Part shown: positions 10,569 to 19,407 of the stretch, one piece after another
How positions within the stretch are numbered: the first letter of the stretch is position 1
Layout: every line of letters begins with the position of its first letter
Virus record (IMG/VR): IMGVR_UViG_3300036770_008729
Location: 31,359 to 95,358 of that record
Length of the DNA stretch: 64,000 nucleotides
Direction: 5' to 3' (one strand)
Source: a virus
Position numbers and translations under genes: made by a program
The notes under the pieces: generated by a model
What the model saw: only the letters and a program-made list of their open reading frames with translations
The model's database searches: none
What the model was told of the DNA's origin: nothing

Positions 10569-11063
10569 ATGAATATAGATGATTTAAAAAGATGTCTTAA
10601 TGATATTAAATATGAAGATTTAGAAAATTTAAAAGATATTATCTTATCAAAGGATAAAATAATAATTTTAGGTAATGGTGGTAGTAACGCAATATCATCT
10701 CATATCGCTCAAGACTATACAAAGGCGCTTGGTAAAAAAGCTTTATCATTCTCAGATGCGGCTAGACTAACATGTTATATAAATGATTATGGAATTGAAA
10801 AAGCTTATTGTAAATTTATAGAGCATTTTGCTGAACCTGAGACCTTAGTTATATTAATATCATCATCTGGTAATTCCGATAACATTGTAAATTCTGCTGA
10901 GTATTGTTTAGATAAACATGACATGGTTATACTTTCTGGATTTGATAGAAATAATAAGTTAAACTCATATTCAGATAAATCTTTACTAAGCTTTTGGGTT
11001 GATAGTAAAGAATATGGAGTTGTAGAATCTATACATGAAATAATATTACACTCATTAATGTAA
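10569..11063 (+). CDS. SIS-domain sugar-phosphate isomerase (GmhA-like)
   Basis: IIILGNGGSNAISSHIAQDY resembles the GmhA/SIS signature. Start set at the internal ATG at 10569. Confidence 0.55.
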   Translation: MNIDDLKRCLNDIKYEDLENLKDIILSKDKIIILGNGGSNAISSHIAQDYTKALGKKALSFSDAARLTCYINDYGIEKAYCKFIEHFAEPETLVILISSSGNSDNIVNSAEYCLDKHDMVILSGFDRNNKLNSYSDKSLLSFWVDSKEYGVVESIHEIILHSLM

Positions 11064-11069
11064 TTAAAT

Positions 11070-11804
11070 ATGAAAATATACTGTTTTGATTTAGATGAAA
11101 CACTTTGTCGTAATTCTGAAAAAGATTACGCAAAATCAACTCCTATAACCGAGATGATTGAGAAGGTTAATTACTTATATGACCAAGGTAATACAATAAA
11201 GATATTTACAGCTAGAGGAATGGGTAAATTCTCAGGTGATGTTGGTAAAGTTAATGATGCTTATTATGAACTAACTAAAAGTCAGTTAGAAAATTGGGGT
11301 GTTAAATATCACGAACTACATTTAGGAAAACAATCATTTGATTATTTCATTGATGATAAAAATCTAACAATTGAACAATTCAAATCATTAGTTAAACCTA
11401 AAGTTGGATTTATTGCTGGTGCTTTTGATGTAATACACCCAGGCTATATTGAAATGTTTCAGTTTATGAGAAAAAAATGTGACTATCTTATTGTTGGTTT
11501 ACATAAAGATCCATCATTAGAAAGAGATACTAAATTAAAACCTGTTTTAACTACAGATGAGAGAAAAGAAATACTTTTATCTTTAAAATATATTGATGAG
11601 GTTATAGAGTATCAAACAGAATTAGAACTATTAGAAATATTAAAAAATGATAGAATTGATATTAGATTTTTAGGAGATGACTATATAGATAAACACTATA
11701 CAGGTAAAGGTCTTCCAATTGAAATTAAGTTTATAGATAGAAGTCATGGTTGGTCAACTACTAAATATAAAATGGTTATAAGAGATAGTTTATTTAAAAA
11801 ATAA
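11070..11804 (+). CDS. fused HAD-like phosphatase and cytidylyltransferase-like nucleotidyltransferase
   Basis: N-terminal CFDLDETLC is the HAD DxDxT motif. C-terminal GAFDVIHPGY plus TTDERKEILLSLKYIDEVI resembles the HxGH cytidylyltransferase/HldE domain II fold. Confidence 0.55.
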   Translation: MKIYCFDLDETLCRNSEKDYAKSTPITEMIEKVNYLYDQGNTIKIFTARGMGKFSGDVGKVNDAYYELTKSQLENWGVKYHELHLGKQSFDYFIDDKNLTIEQFKSLVKPKVGFIAGAFDVIHPGYIEMFQFMRKKCDYLIVGLHKDPSLERDTKLKPVLTTDERKEILLSLKYIDEVIEYQTELELLEILKNDRIDIRFLGDDYIDKHYTGKGLPIEIKFIDRSHGWSTTKYKMVIRDSLFKK

Positions 11805-11815
11805 ATTAATAATAA

Positions 11816-12718
11816 ATGATTAGAGCAATAGTAACCGGTGGTTGTGGATTTATAGGGAGTCATATAGTTGATAGATTAATAGAATTGAATTGTCAAGTTT
11901 TAGTAATAGATGATTTATCTGCTTCAGAAAATGAAAAGTTTTATTTTAATGAAAAGGCTTTTTATCATAAGTTAGATATTTCTAATAAGAGTGACATAGA
12001 GCCAATTTTTAATAACGCTGATTATGTATTTCATTTAGCGGCTGAATCGAGAATTCAACCAGCTATTCAAAATCCAAATAGGGCATATAATGTAAATGTA
12101 CTTGGAACTCTCAATATTTTAGAACTATCTAAAAAATATAAAATAAAAAGAGTGATGTATTCATCTACATCGTCTGTCTATGGATTAACTAAAAATTTAC
12201 CAACAAACGAACTTGAAACAATAGATTGCTTGAATCCTTATGCACATTCTAAGTTTTTAGGTGAAGAACTATTTAGACAGTACTATAAAATTTATAGATT
12301 GGATAGTGTAATCTTTAGATATTTCAATGTTTTCGGTGAAAGGTCACCTGTGAAAGGTCAGTATGCTCCTGTTGTTGGTATATTTCTTAATCAACATTTT
12401 CAGAATAAACAACTCACAATAATAAGCACTGGTCAAAGAAAAAGAGATTTTATACATGTTAGTGATATAGTTGATGCTAATATTAATGCCATGTTAATTA
12501 CAGATAATTTAAAATCAACAACAATAAATATAGGTAGTGGTCAGAACATAAGTATAAAAGAAATTGCTGATATAATTTCTGAAAATCAAATTCATTTAGA
12601 AGATAGACCCGGTGAGGCGGACAATACACTCGCGGATATATCCGAAGCCGAAGGTATTCTTAATTTTAAACCTAAAACCAATGTTAGAGATTGGATAAAA
12701 AAACAAATTAGTCAATGA
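11816..12718 (+). CDS. NAD-dependent epimerase/dehydratase (extended SDR)
   Basis: VTGGCGFIGSH Rossmann motif, SSTSSVYG, and the YAHSK catalytic YxxxK. Confidence 0.7.
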   Translation: MIRAIVTGGCGFIGSHIVDRLIELNCQVLVIDDLSASENEKFYFNEKAFYHKLDISNKSDIEPIFNNADYVFHLAAESRIQPAIQNPNRAYNVNVLGTLNILELSKKYKIKRVMYSSTSSVYGLTKNLPTNELETIDCLNPYAHSKFLGEELFRQYYKIYRLDSVIFRYFNVFGERSPVKGQYAPVVGIFLNQHFQNKQLTIISTGQRKRDFIHVSDIVDANINAMLITDNLKSTTINIGSGQNISIKEIADIISENQIHLEDRPGEADNTLADISEAEGILNFKPKTNVRDWIKKQISQ

Positions 12719-13845
12719 AAATTGCTTTAGTAACTGGTTCTGCTGGTCTGATAGGATCTCAGGCTTGTGATTTTTTTCATAAAAAAGGATACAAAGTCAT
12801 AGGAATTGATAATGATATGAGAGCTTATTTCTTTGGAAAGTCATCATCTACAATTCATTCGTCAGAATCTTTGAAATCAAAATTGAACAATTATAAACAC
12901 TATAATTTAGACATCAGGAACTTTACAGATTTAGAAAAATTATTTTCCGATTATTCTTCGGATATAGATATAGTGATACATACTGCTGCTCAACCCTCTC
13001 ATGATTGGGCTGCTAAAGAACCATTAACCGACTTTAGCATTAATGCCGTAGGTACTATGAATTTACTTGAATTGACAAGATTATATTGTCCAAAAGCTAC
13101 TTTTATTTTTACTTCAACCAATAAGGTATATGGTGATAGACCTAATTTTGATTACTATTTTAAAAATGGTTTTGATGTTCCAGAAAATAGAAAAGACACT
13201 CCAATTATAATAGAATACGAAAATAGATTTGAAGGATTACATAGAGAAACTGGTGAATTAACTTCGATATCTGAGAATATGTCTATTGATAATACCAAAC
13301 ATTCGGTTTTTGGAGCCTCTAAAGTCGCTGCTGATATTATGTGTCAAGAATATGGTAAGTATTTTGGCATAAATGTTGGTATTTTTAGAGGTGGTTGCCT
13401 AACCGGACCAAATCATGCTGGTGCTGAGTTACATGGATTTCTTTCTTATTTAGTCAAGTGTGTTGTTAATGATAAACCTTATAAAATCTTTGGTTACAAA
13501 GGAAAACAAGTTAGAGATAATATTCACTCTTGTGACTTAGTTAATATGTTTTGGCATTTTCATAAAAATCCAAAACCTGGTGAAGTTTACAATGCTGGTG
13601 GTGGAAGAGAAAATTCAATTTCAATTTTAGAGGCAATCAACACTATAAATAGAATATCTGGAACAGATTGGAAAAATTACACATTATGTGATGAAAACAG
13701 AATTGGTGACCACATTTGGTATATTTCAGATTTAACAAAATTTAAATCTCACTATCCAAATTGGAAAATAGAAATTAGTCTTGAAGACACTATAAAACAA
13801 ATTATAGATTTTGAATTATGTTTGAAACAAAAAAAGGTTATTTAG
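12715..13845 (+). CDS. NAD-dependent epimerase/dehydratase family protein, atypical active site
   Basis: LVTGSAGLIGSQ Rossmann motif. TSTNKVYG. The expected YxxxK region reads FGASK. Confidence 0.55.
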   Translation: MKIALVTGSAGLIGSQACDFFHKKGYKVIGIDNDMRAYFFGKSSSTIHSSESLKSKLNNYKHYNLDIRNFTDLEKLFSDYSSDIDIVIHTAAQPSHDWAAKEPLTDFSINAVGTMNLLELTRLYCPKATFIFTSTNKVYGDRPNFDYYFKNGFDVPENRKDTPIIIEYENRFEGLHRETGELTSISENMSIDNTKHSVFGASKVAADIMCQEYGKYFGINVGIFRGGCLTGPNHAGAELHGFLSYLVKCVVNDKPYKIFGYKGKQVRDNIHSCDLVNMFWHFHKNPKPGEVYNAGGGRENSISILEAINTINRISGTDWKNYTLCDENRIGDHIWYISDLTKFKSHYPNWKIEISLEDTIKQIIDFELCLKQKKVI

Positions 13846-13855
13846 TATAAGAAAT

Positions 13856-14620
13856 ATGAACTTTGCACTTTGTTACCGGGGAATCTCTTTCAGAGATAAT
13901 TATAGAAATGAATCACACTTGAGTCCTTATAAAATAGATTTTGATTCAGTTAGTCATTTTCATTATGAAAATGTTATCAAACCTCTGAGAGAAAGAGGAG
14001 ATGTGGTGGATATATTTTTCAATACTTATGACTCGATTAAATTACAAGATTACAAAAATCAATTTCAACCTGTAGATGTTTTAGTGAAGGATTTCAACGC
14101 AGGTATTGTAAAGTATAACTTTAACCATGTTTGTGAGTTGATAATTTCAACTCTTCAACAAGTTAAGGATTATGAGAATAGAACAGGAAAAGTTTATGAT
14201 TATATTATATTGAATCGATTTGATATAGTAATCTTTTCGGATTTTACAAAATGTTTTATTATTGAAGACGGAGTTTCAGTTCCGACAATCAATGATGATT
14301 GTTTTATTGTCTATCATAAGAGTATTTTAGAAAAAGCGATCTGGATTTATAAAACTTATCAAAATCAGTTGATAACTCATCACATGGTTTTCAAATTTAT
14401 TGAACACGGTATAAAATATCATTCTATGTTTCCAAACAAACCAGGAGATGAAGTTGGATTTAATGGCCCGTTCTGGAGATTAGAAAGAGTTATGTTTAAC
14501 CCAGATGGTCATAATGTTAAAGAATATAACTTTTACGATGTCTTTAATAAAAATTCGAAGTGGTTCGGTTTCAAATATGAACCAAATAAAGAATTTTTTG
14601 ATTGTAAAAAATTAATTTAA
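13856..14620 (+). CDS. hypothetical protein
   Basis: Long ORF in the operon. No recognisable motif. Confidence 0.3.
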   Translation: MNFALCYRGISFRDNYRNESHLSPYKIDFDSVSHFHYENVIKPLRERGDVVDIFFNTYDSIKLQDYKNQFQPVDVLVKDFNAGIVKYNFNHVCELIISTLQQVKDYENRTGKVYDYIILNRFDIVIFSDFTKCFIIEDGVSVPTINDDCFIVYHKSILEKAIWIYKTYQNQLITHHMVFKFIEHGIKYHSMFPNKPGDEVGFNGPFWRLERVMFNPDGHNVKEYNFYDVFNKNSKWFGFKYEPNKEFFDCKKLI

Positions 14621-14624
14621 TTAT

Positions 14625-14981
14625 ATGAATATCAGACCTAAAACAATATTTATTGACATAGATGGTACATTAATTTCACATTCTGGTTCATTAATTGGTC
14701 AAATGAAAAAACCTGAGCTTTTACCCGGTACTTTAGAAAAATTATTGGAATGGGATAGAAATGGATACAATATAATTTTGACAACCGGTAGAAGAGAAAG
14801 TATGAGAAAAAAAACAAAAAAACAGTTAAGTAAATTGGGTATTTTCTATGATAAATTAATAATGGGTATTGGTGGTGGAACTCGAATAATAATTAATGAT
14901 AGAAAGCCAAACAGTACGGATGATACCTGTTTTGCTATAAATATTGATAGAAATCAAGGCATAGAAAATATAGAAATTTAA
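14625..14981 (+). CDS. HAD-like hydrolase (small)
   Basis: IFIDIDGTLISH contains the DxDGT motif. Confidence 0.45.
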   Translation: MNIRPKTIFIDIDGTLISHSGSLIGQMKKPELLPGTLEKLLEWDRNGYNIILTTGRRESMRKKTKKQLSKLGIFYDKLIMGIGGGTRIIINDRKPNSTDDTCFAINIDRNQGIENIEI

Positions 14982-14982
14982 T

Positions 14983-15336
14983 ATGGAAAATAAAATCACA
15001 AAAATAGAAAAACCTTGGGGTTGGGAAAAATGGATAGAAGTGAATGAACACTATGTAGTGAAGGAACTTTTTATGAAAAGTGGCAATTGTTGTAGTCTTC
15101 AGTATCATGAAAAAAAACACGAAACATTTTATGTTGTAAGTGGAAGAATGAAGTTTTATGTTGGGGAAAAAATAGAAAATTTAAATGAGTTCATTTTAGA
15201 ACCTGGTCAAAATTATGTCATTAAACCATTTATAATCCATAGAATGGAGGCGGTAGATGATTGTATTTATATTGAATGTTCAACAAATTTTCTTGATGAT
15301 GTTATAAGATTAGAAGATAAATATGGTAGAAAATAA
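14983..15336 (+). CDS. cupin-domain protein (sugar isomerase/epimerase-like)
   Basis: 117 aa. KPWGWEKW ... HRMEA fits a cupin_2 pattern. Confidence 0.4.
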   Translation: MENKITKIEKPWGWEKWIEVNEHYVVKELFMKSGNCCSLQYHEKKHETFYVVSGRMKFYVGEKIENLNEFILEPGQNYVIKPFIIHRMEAVDDCIYIECSTNFLDDVIRLEDKYGRK

Positions 15337-16882
15337 CTATAAAGTAATAATTACAACTAGTGGTATAGGTAGTCGATTAGGAGAACTTACAAATTATACT
15401 AATAAAAGTCTAATTAGAATAGGTAAAAAACCTGCTATTTCTTATATAGTTGAAAATTATTCAAATGAAATTGAAATTGTAGTTACACTTGGATATTTTG
15501 GAAGTCATGTGAAGCAGTTTCTAACTATGACTTATCCTGAAAAAAAATTCACTTTCGTTGAAATAGATAAATATTCTGGTGAGGGTTCTAGTCTTGCTTA
15601 CTCTTTGTTACAAACAAAAGAAATTGTTCAATGTCCTTTTATATTTCACGCTTCCGATACTTTAGTATTTGAAAAAATAAACAAACCAAATATGAATTGG
15701 TTGGGTTTTACTTATAAAGAGGATTCATCTCAATATAGAACTTTAGAGTTAAATAGCAATTTGAAAATTTATGATAAGGGAGATTTAAACTCTAATGCAA
15801 TTTATATAGGTCTTGCTGGTATAAATGATTATGAATTATTCTGGTCTTATTTAGAAGAAGAATATAATAAAAATCCATCAGATGCCAGTTTAAGTGACTG
15901 TCATTCTATTTCAAAAATGATTGATAATAGTTGGAAAACATTTGAATTTAAAACTTGGCAAGATATTGGTAATGTTACTTCCTTAAAAAATGCTAGAAAA
16001 CATATACAGGATAAATTTGAGATTTTAGATAAAAACGATGAATCAATATTTTTATTTGATGATTTTGTAATAAAATTCTTTCACGATAATAATACTTGTA
16101 TCAATAGAGCTAAAAGAGGATATAAATTATCTGGACTTGTTCCTAAAATTTTAGACAGTAGTGATAATTTTTACAAGTATGAATACTGCAAAGGAGACTT
16201 ATTTTCCTCAGTAGTAAATGAGAGTAACTTTGAAGAATTCTTAGATTGGTCTATTACTAATCTTTGGAAAGAAAAAAATTATTCGGAAAAATTCAAAGAT
16301 AGTTGTTATGAATTTTATTTTGATAAAACTGTAAAAAGAATAAGTAAATTTCTTAAAGATAATAATCTCAAAGATGAAGAAACTATGATAAATGGTATCT
16401 TGATTCCTCCGGTTTTTGAAATGATTGAAAAAATAAATAAGTCAGATATCTGCAATTCTATACCTTATCAATTTCATGGCGATTATATACTTGATAATAT
16501 CATTAAAACTACAAATGGATTCAAACTGATTGACTGGAGACAAGATTTTGGAGGGGATTTAGATAACGGAGACATCTATTATGATTTAGCAAAATTAAAT
16601 CATAATTTATTGTTCAATCATGAAATAGTTAACAATGGTCATTTCTATGTAAAAAAAAATGAAAAAGAAGTTATTTGTGATATTTTAAGAAGTGACAATT
16701 TAACAAATTGTCGAGAAATACTACATAATTTTATAAATAAAAATAATTTTGACTTAACAAAAGTTAAAATACTAACTTCGTTGATTTGGCTCAATATGTC
16801 ACCTTTACATGATACAAAAATTGGAAACTTTTTATTTTATTTTGGTAAATTAAATTTATATAAAATTATTCATAAAATATGA
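15323..16882 (+). CDS. bifunctional sugar nucleotidyltransferase and APH/choline-kinase-like kinase
   Basis: N-terminal VIITTSGIGSRLGELTNYTNKSLIRIGKKP matches GxGxRLxPxTxxxPKxL. C-terminal QFHGDYILDN (HGDxxxxN catalytic loop) and LIDWRQDFGG match the aminoglycoside/choline kinase fold. Confidence 0.6.
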   Translation: MVENNYKVIITTSGIGSRLGELTNYTNKSLIRIGKKPAISYIVENYSNEIEIVVTLGYFGSHVKQFLTMTYPEKKFTFVEIDKYSGEGSSLAYSLLQTKEIVQCPFIFHASDTLVFEKINKPNMNWLGFTYKEDSSQYRTLELNSNLKIYDKGDLNSNAIYIGLAGINDYELFWSYLEEEYNKNPSDASLSDCHSISKMIDNSWKTFEFKTWQDIGNVTSLKNARKHIQDKFEILDKNDESIFLFDDFVIKFFHDNNTCINRAKRGYKLSGLVPKILDSSDNFYKYEYCKGDLFSSVVNESNFEEFLDWSITNLWKEKNYSEKFKDSCYEFYFDKTVKRISKFLKDNNLKDEETMINGILIPPVFEMIEKINKSDICNSIPYQFHGDYILDNIIKTTNGFKLIDWRQDFGGDLDNGDIYYDLAKLNHNLLFNHEIVNNGHFYVKKNEKEVICDILRSDNLTNCREILHNFINKNNFDLTKVKILTSLIWLNMSPLHDTKIGNFLFYFGKLNLYKIIHKI

Positions 16883-17880
16883 AAGATATAAAATTTTATA
16901 TAGGTCCAATGAGTAAAAACATTGTTGATTCGGTTATTGAATATTCAATAAACAATAATATCAATATTGGACTTATACCGTCTAGAAGACAGATTGATAA
17001 AAATGGTGGATATGTAAATAATTGGACGACTAAAGAATTCTCCTTTTATGTCAAAAATAAATCAAAAAATATTCTACTGGTAAGAGACCATTGTGGACCA
17101 AATCAAGGACAAATTGAAGATGATGGAGTTGATTCATTTATCGAAGATTGTTCATACTTTGATGTTATACATATTGATGTTTGGAAAAAATATCCAACCT
17201 ATGAAGAAGGTTTATCGAAAACAATAGATTTTATAAATCTTGGTTATAAATTAAATTCAAATTTATACTATGAAATTGGAACAGAAGAGGCTATACGAAA
17301 GTTTGAGTCTTTTGAACTTGATAACCTTGTAAGTGATCTTAATAAAAATCTATCAAATGAGTTATTTTCTCGAATAAAATTTTTAGTTATTCAATCAGGA
17401 ACAGCTCTTAAAGAAAATACCAACATCGGTATATATGACAAAGAAAGACTAACCAAAATGCTAAAAATTTGCAAAAAGTATAATCTTATTTCAAAAGAGC
17501 ATAACGGTGACTATATATCTAATGATATATTAAAAGAGAAATTCATTTTAGGTTTAAATTCAATAAACATAGCACCTGAGTTTGGTCAAATTGAAACCAA
17601 TGTTTTACTCGAGGAAATCAATTCACTTAATAGAAACGATTTATTAGATGATTTTTTTCAAATATGTCTTAAATCTAATAAATGGAAAAAATGGGTATCA
17701 AATGATTTCGATCCTTTAAACAATAAATTGGAACTTATAAATATTTGTGGACATTATGTTTTTTCATCTGAGGAGTTTTTGATTATCAAACATCAACTTT
17801 CAAAAGACATTGATGATAAAATAAAAATTTCTATAAAACGAAGAATTGAAGAATTACAATTTTATACGTCAAAAAAATAA
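16879..17880 (+). CDS. hypothetical protein
   Basis: ORF coupled by ATGA overlap. No motif recognised. Confidence 0.3.
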   Translation: MKDIKFYIGPMSKNIVDSVIEYSINNNINIGLIPSRRQIDKNGGYVNNWTTKEFSFYVKNKSKNILLVRDHCGPNQGQIEDDGVDSFIEDCSYFDVIHIDVWKKYPTYEEGLSKTIDFINLGYKLNSNLYYEIGTEEAIRKFESFELDNLVSDLNKNLSNELFSRIKFLVIQSGTALKENTNIGIYDKERLTKMLKICKKYNLISKEHNGDYISNDILKEKFILGLNSINIAPEFGQIETNVLLEEINSLNRNDLLDDFFQICLKSNKWKKWVSNDFDPLNNKLELINICGHYVFSSEEFLIIKHQLSKDIDDKIKISIKRRIEELQFYTSKK

Positions 17881-17888
17881 ATTTAATA

Positions 17889-18788
17889 ATGAAAAATAAT
17901 ATAACTTTTTTCGGAGCAAGTATAACTCAACAAGGTGGTGGATATGTCCATCATTTTTCAAATTTAAATCCACAATTCAAAATTAGTGTTTTTGGTTATG
18001 GATCAATGCATCTAAAAGATGCTGGTGTTTGTCATATTGACACTGTTTTGACATCTGATCCAGAATGGTGTTTTATAGATTGGTTCAGTACTGCTTATGT
18101 TGATGAGGCCAAAGATGATTTTGATGGAATTACACTTTATATAGATACCATACTTCATAAATTCTATTCACGTGGTATCAAACTTGTTTTTCTTACACTA
18201 CCAGAAACAGTAAGAGATAAAACATTAATACATCAACGGTTAAATTATTATCTAGAATCAAAGGGGGTTCCAACAATTGATATATCTAAATCTTTTGAGT
18301 CAAACATAAATCAGATATTAAGAGATGGAATACACTCAACTCCTTATGGTTCTGAGCAATATGCTAAATTAATTTCTGATAAATTCTTTAACGAAATATA
18401 CAACAAGCATGAGATTCCATCTGAATTTCCGAGTGTTACAAAATATTGTGATATTAAGAGTACTCAATTAAATGTAATTGTAAATAAAAACATTACGTTT
18501 ACTGGTAAGGGAGAAGTGATAGGAATTTCACAAATGTTAGGGCCATACACTGGACTTTTAAAGATTAATAATCAATTAGTTAATAATTGGGACAGATGGT
18601 GTTATTTCGAAAGAGAAATGGTAAATCTTAAATTTGAAATAGATGGTGTAACAACCATAGAGATTTTACAAGATCCGGTAGATACTTCAAGTTGTGAATA
18701 TAGTTGTAATTGGAATGTTCCAAAATTGTTAAAACTTAAGACTTTATACTATACTGGTAATATTGAAAATATCAATTTTGATAGGTAA
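17889..18788 (+). CDS. hypothetical protein, possible SGNH-like hydrolase
   Basis: ITFFGASITQQGG is weakly GDSL-like. Last gene of the plus-strand island. Confidence 0.25.
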   Translation: MKNNITFFGASITQQGGGYVHHFSNLNPQFKISVFGYGSMHLKDAGVCHIDTVLTSDPEWCFIDWFSTAYVDEAKDDFDGITLYIDTILHKFYSRGIKLVFLTLPETVRDKTLIHQRLNYYLESKGVPTIDISKSFESNINQILRDGIHSTPYGSEQYAKLISDKFFNEIYNKHEIPSEFPSVTKYCDIKSTQLNVIVNKNITFTGKGEVIGISQMLGPYTGLLKINNQLVNNWDRWCYFEREMVNLKFEIDGVTTIEILQDPVDTSSCEYSCNWNVPKLLKLKTLYYTGNIENINFDR

Positions 18789-18789
18789 T

Positions 18790-19389
18790 CTATATTCTCT
18801 GAATAATAGTAGGTAAAGCCCCAAGCTCCAATACTTTACTTTTATTAAGTAAAAATTCAATATCATAAAAATTGAAATGAAATGTCATTGTGAAATCTTT
18901 ACTTTGAATCTTTTGTTGAGAATAGTTAAAAGTATTATCTGATAAAGACTTCAAAATTATTTCATAGAATCTGATAACATATATAGCATCTCTATGAATA
19001 TCCACACAAGTTATTGTAAATGGATTCAACCATTGATTCTCAACATCTAAATAATGTTTAGTGATTATATCAAACATCAACCAATAATTTAAATCCGAGT
19101 CAACTGACCTGAATGTAATAGTCAAATCTCTTGTTGTTGTAATATCCTGAACATTCTTTGCTGGTTTGAAGTTTCTTTCCTTACCTCTCATTGTTATCTG
19201 TCTTGGTAGATCAAAACTAATACCAGTAAAATTTACAGATTTTATAGTTGAATTTAGATAATCAATAATATTCTCATATTGAATCCAGTTCTTTTCTAAG
19301 ATTGGTGTATATGTATTTATGATTTCTGTTGGAGCAAAATCTGATGGTAAGTTAAAAACAAATTGACTGCCTTGACTGGATAATCTCAT
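18790..19389 (-). CDS. hypothetical protein, possible virion/baseplate component
   Basis: ORF downstream of the Gly-rich 669-aa protein and in the same operon. No motif. Confidence 0.3.
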   Translation of the reverse strand: MRLSSQGSQFVFNLPSDFAPTEIINTYTPILEKNWIQYENIIDYLNSTIKSVNFTGISFDLPRQITMRGKERNFKPAKNVQDITTTRDLTITFRSVDSDLNYWLMFDIITKHYLDVENQWLNPFTITCVDIHRDAIYVIRFYEIILKSLSDNTFNYSQQKIQSKDFTMTFHFNFYDIEFLLNKSKVLELGALPTIIQRI

Positions 19390-19407
19390 TTCATATTGAA
19401 TTTATTT

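Noticed and set aside
18790-19389. Assigning 18790-19389 and 19408-21417 to specific T4 baseplate genes (gp53, gp6) on size alone
   Set aside because: Sizes of 199 aa and 669 aa are close to gp53 and gp6, but the order is inverted relative to T4 and no sequence block could be matched by eye. This is left as a generic putative structural call.
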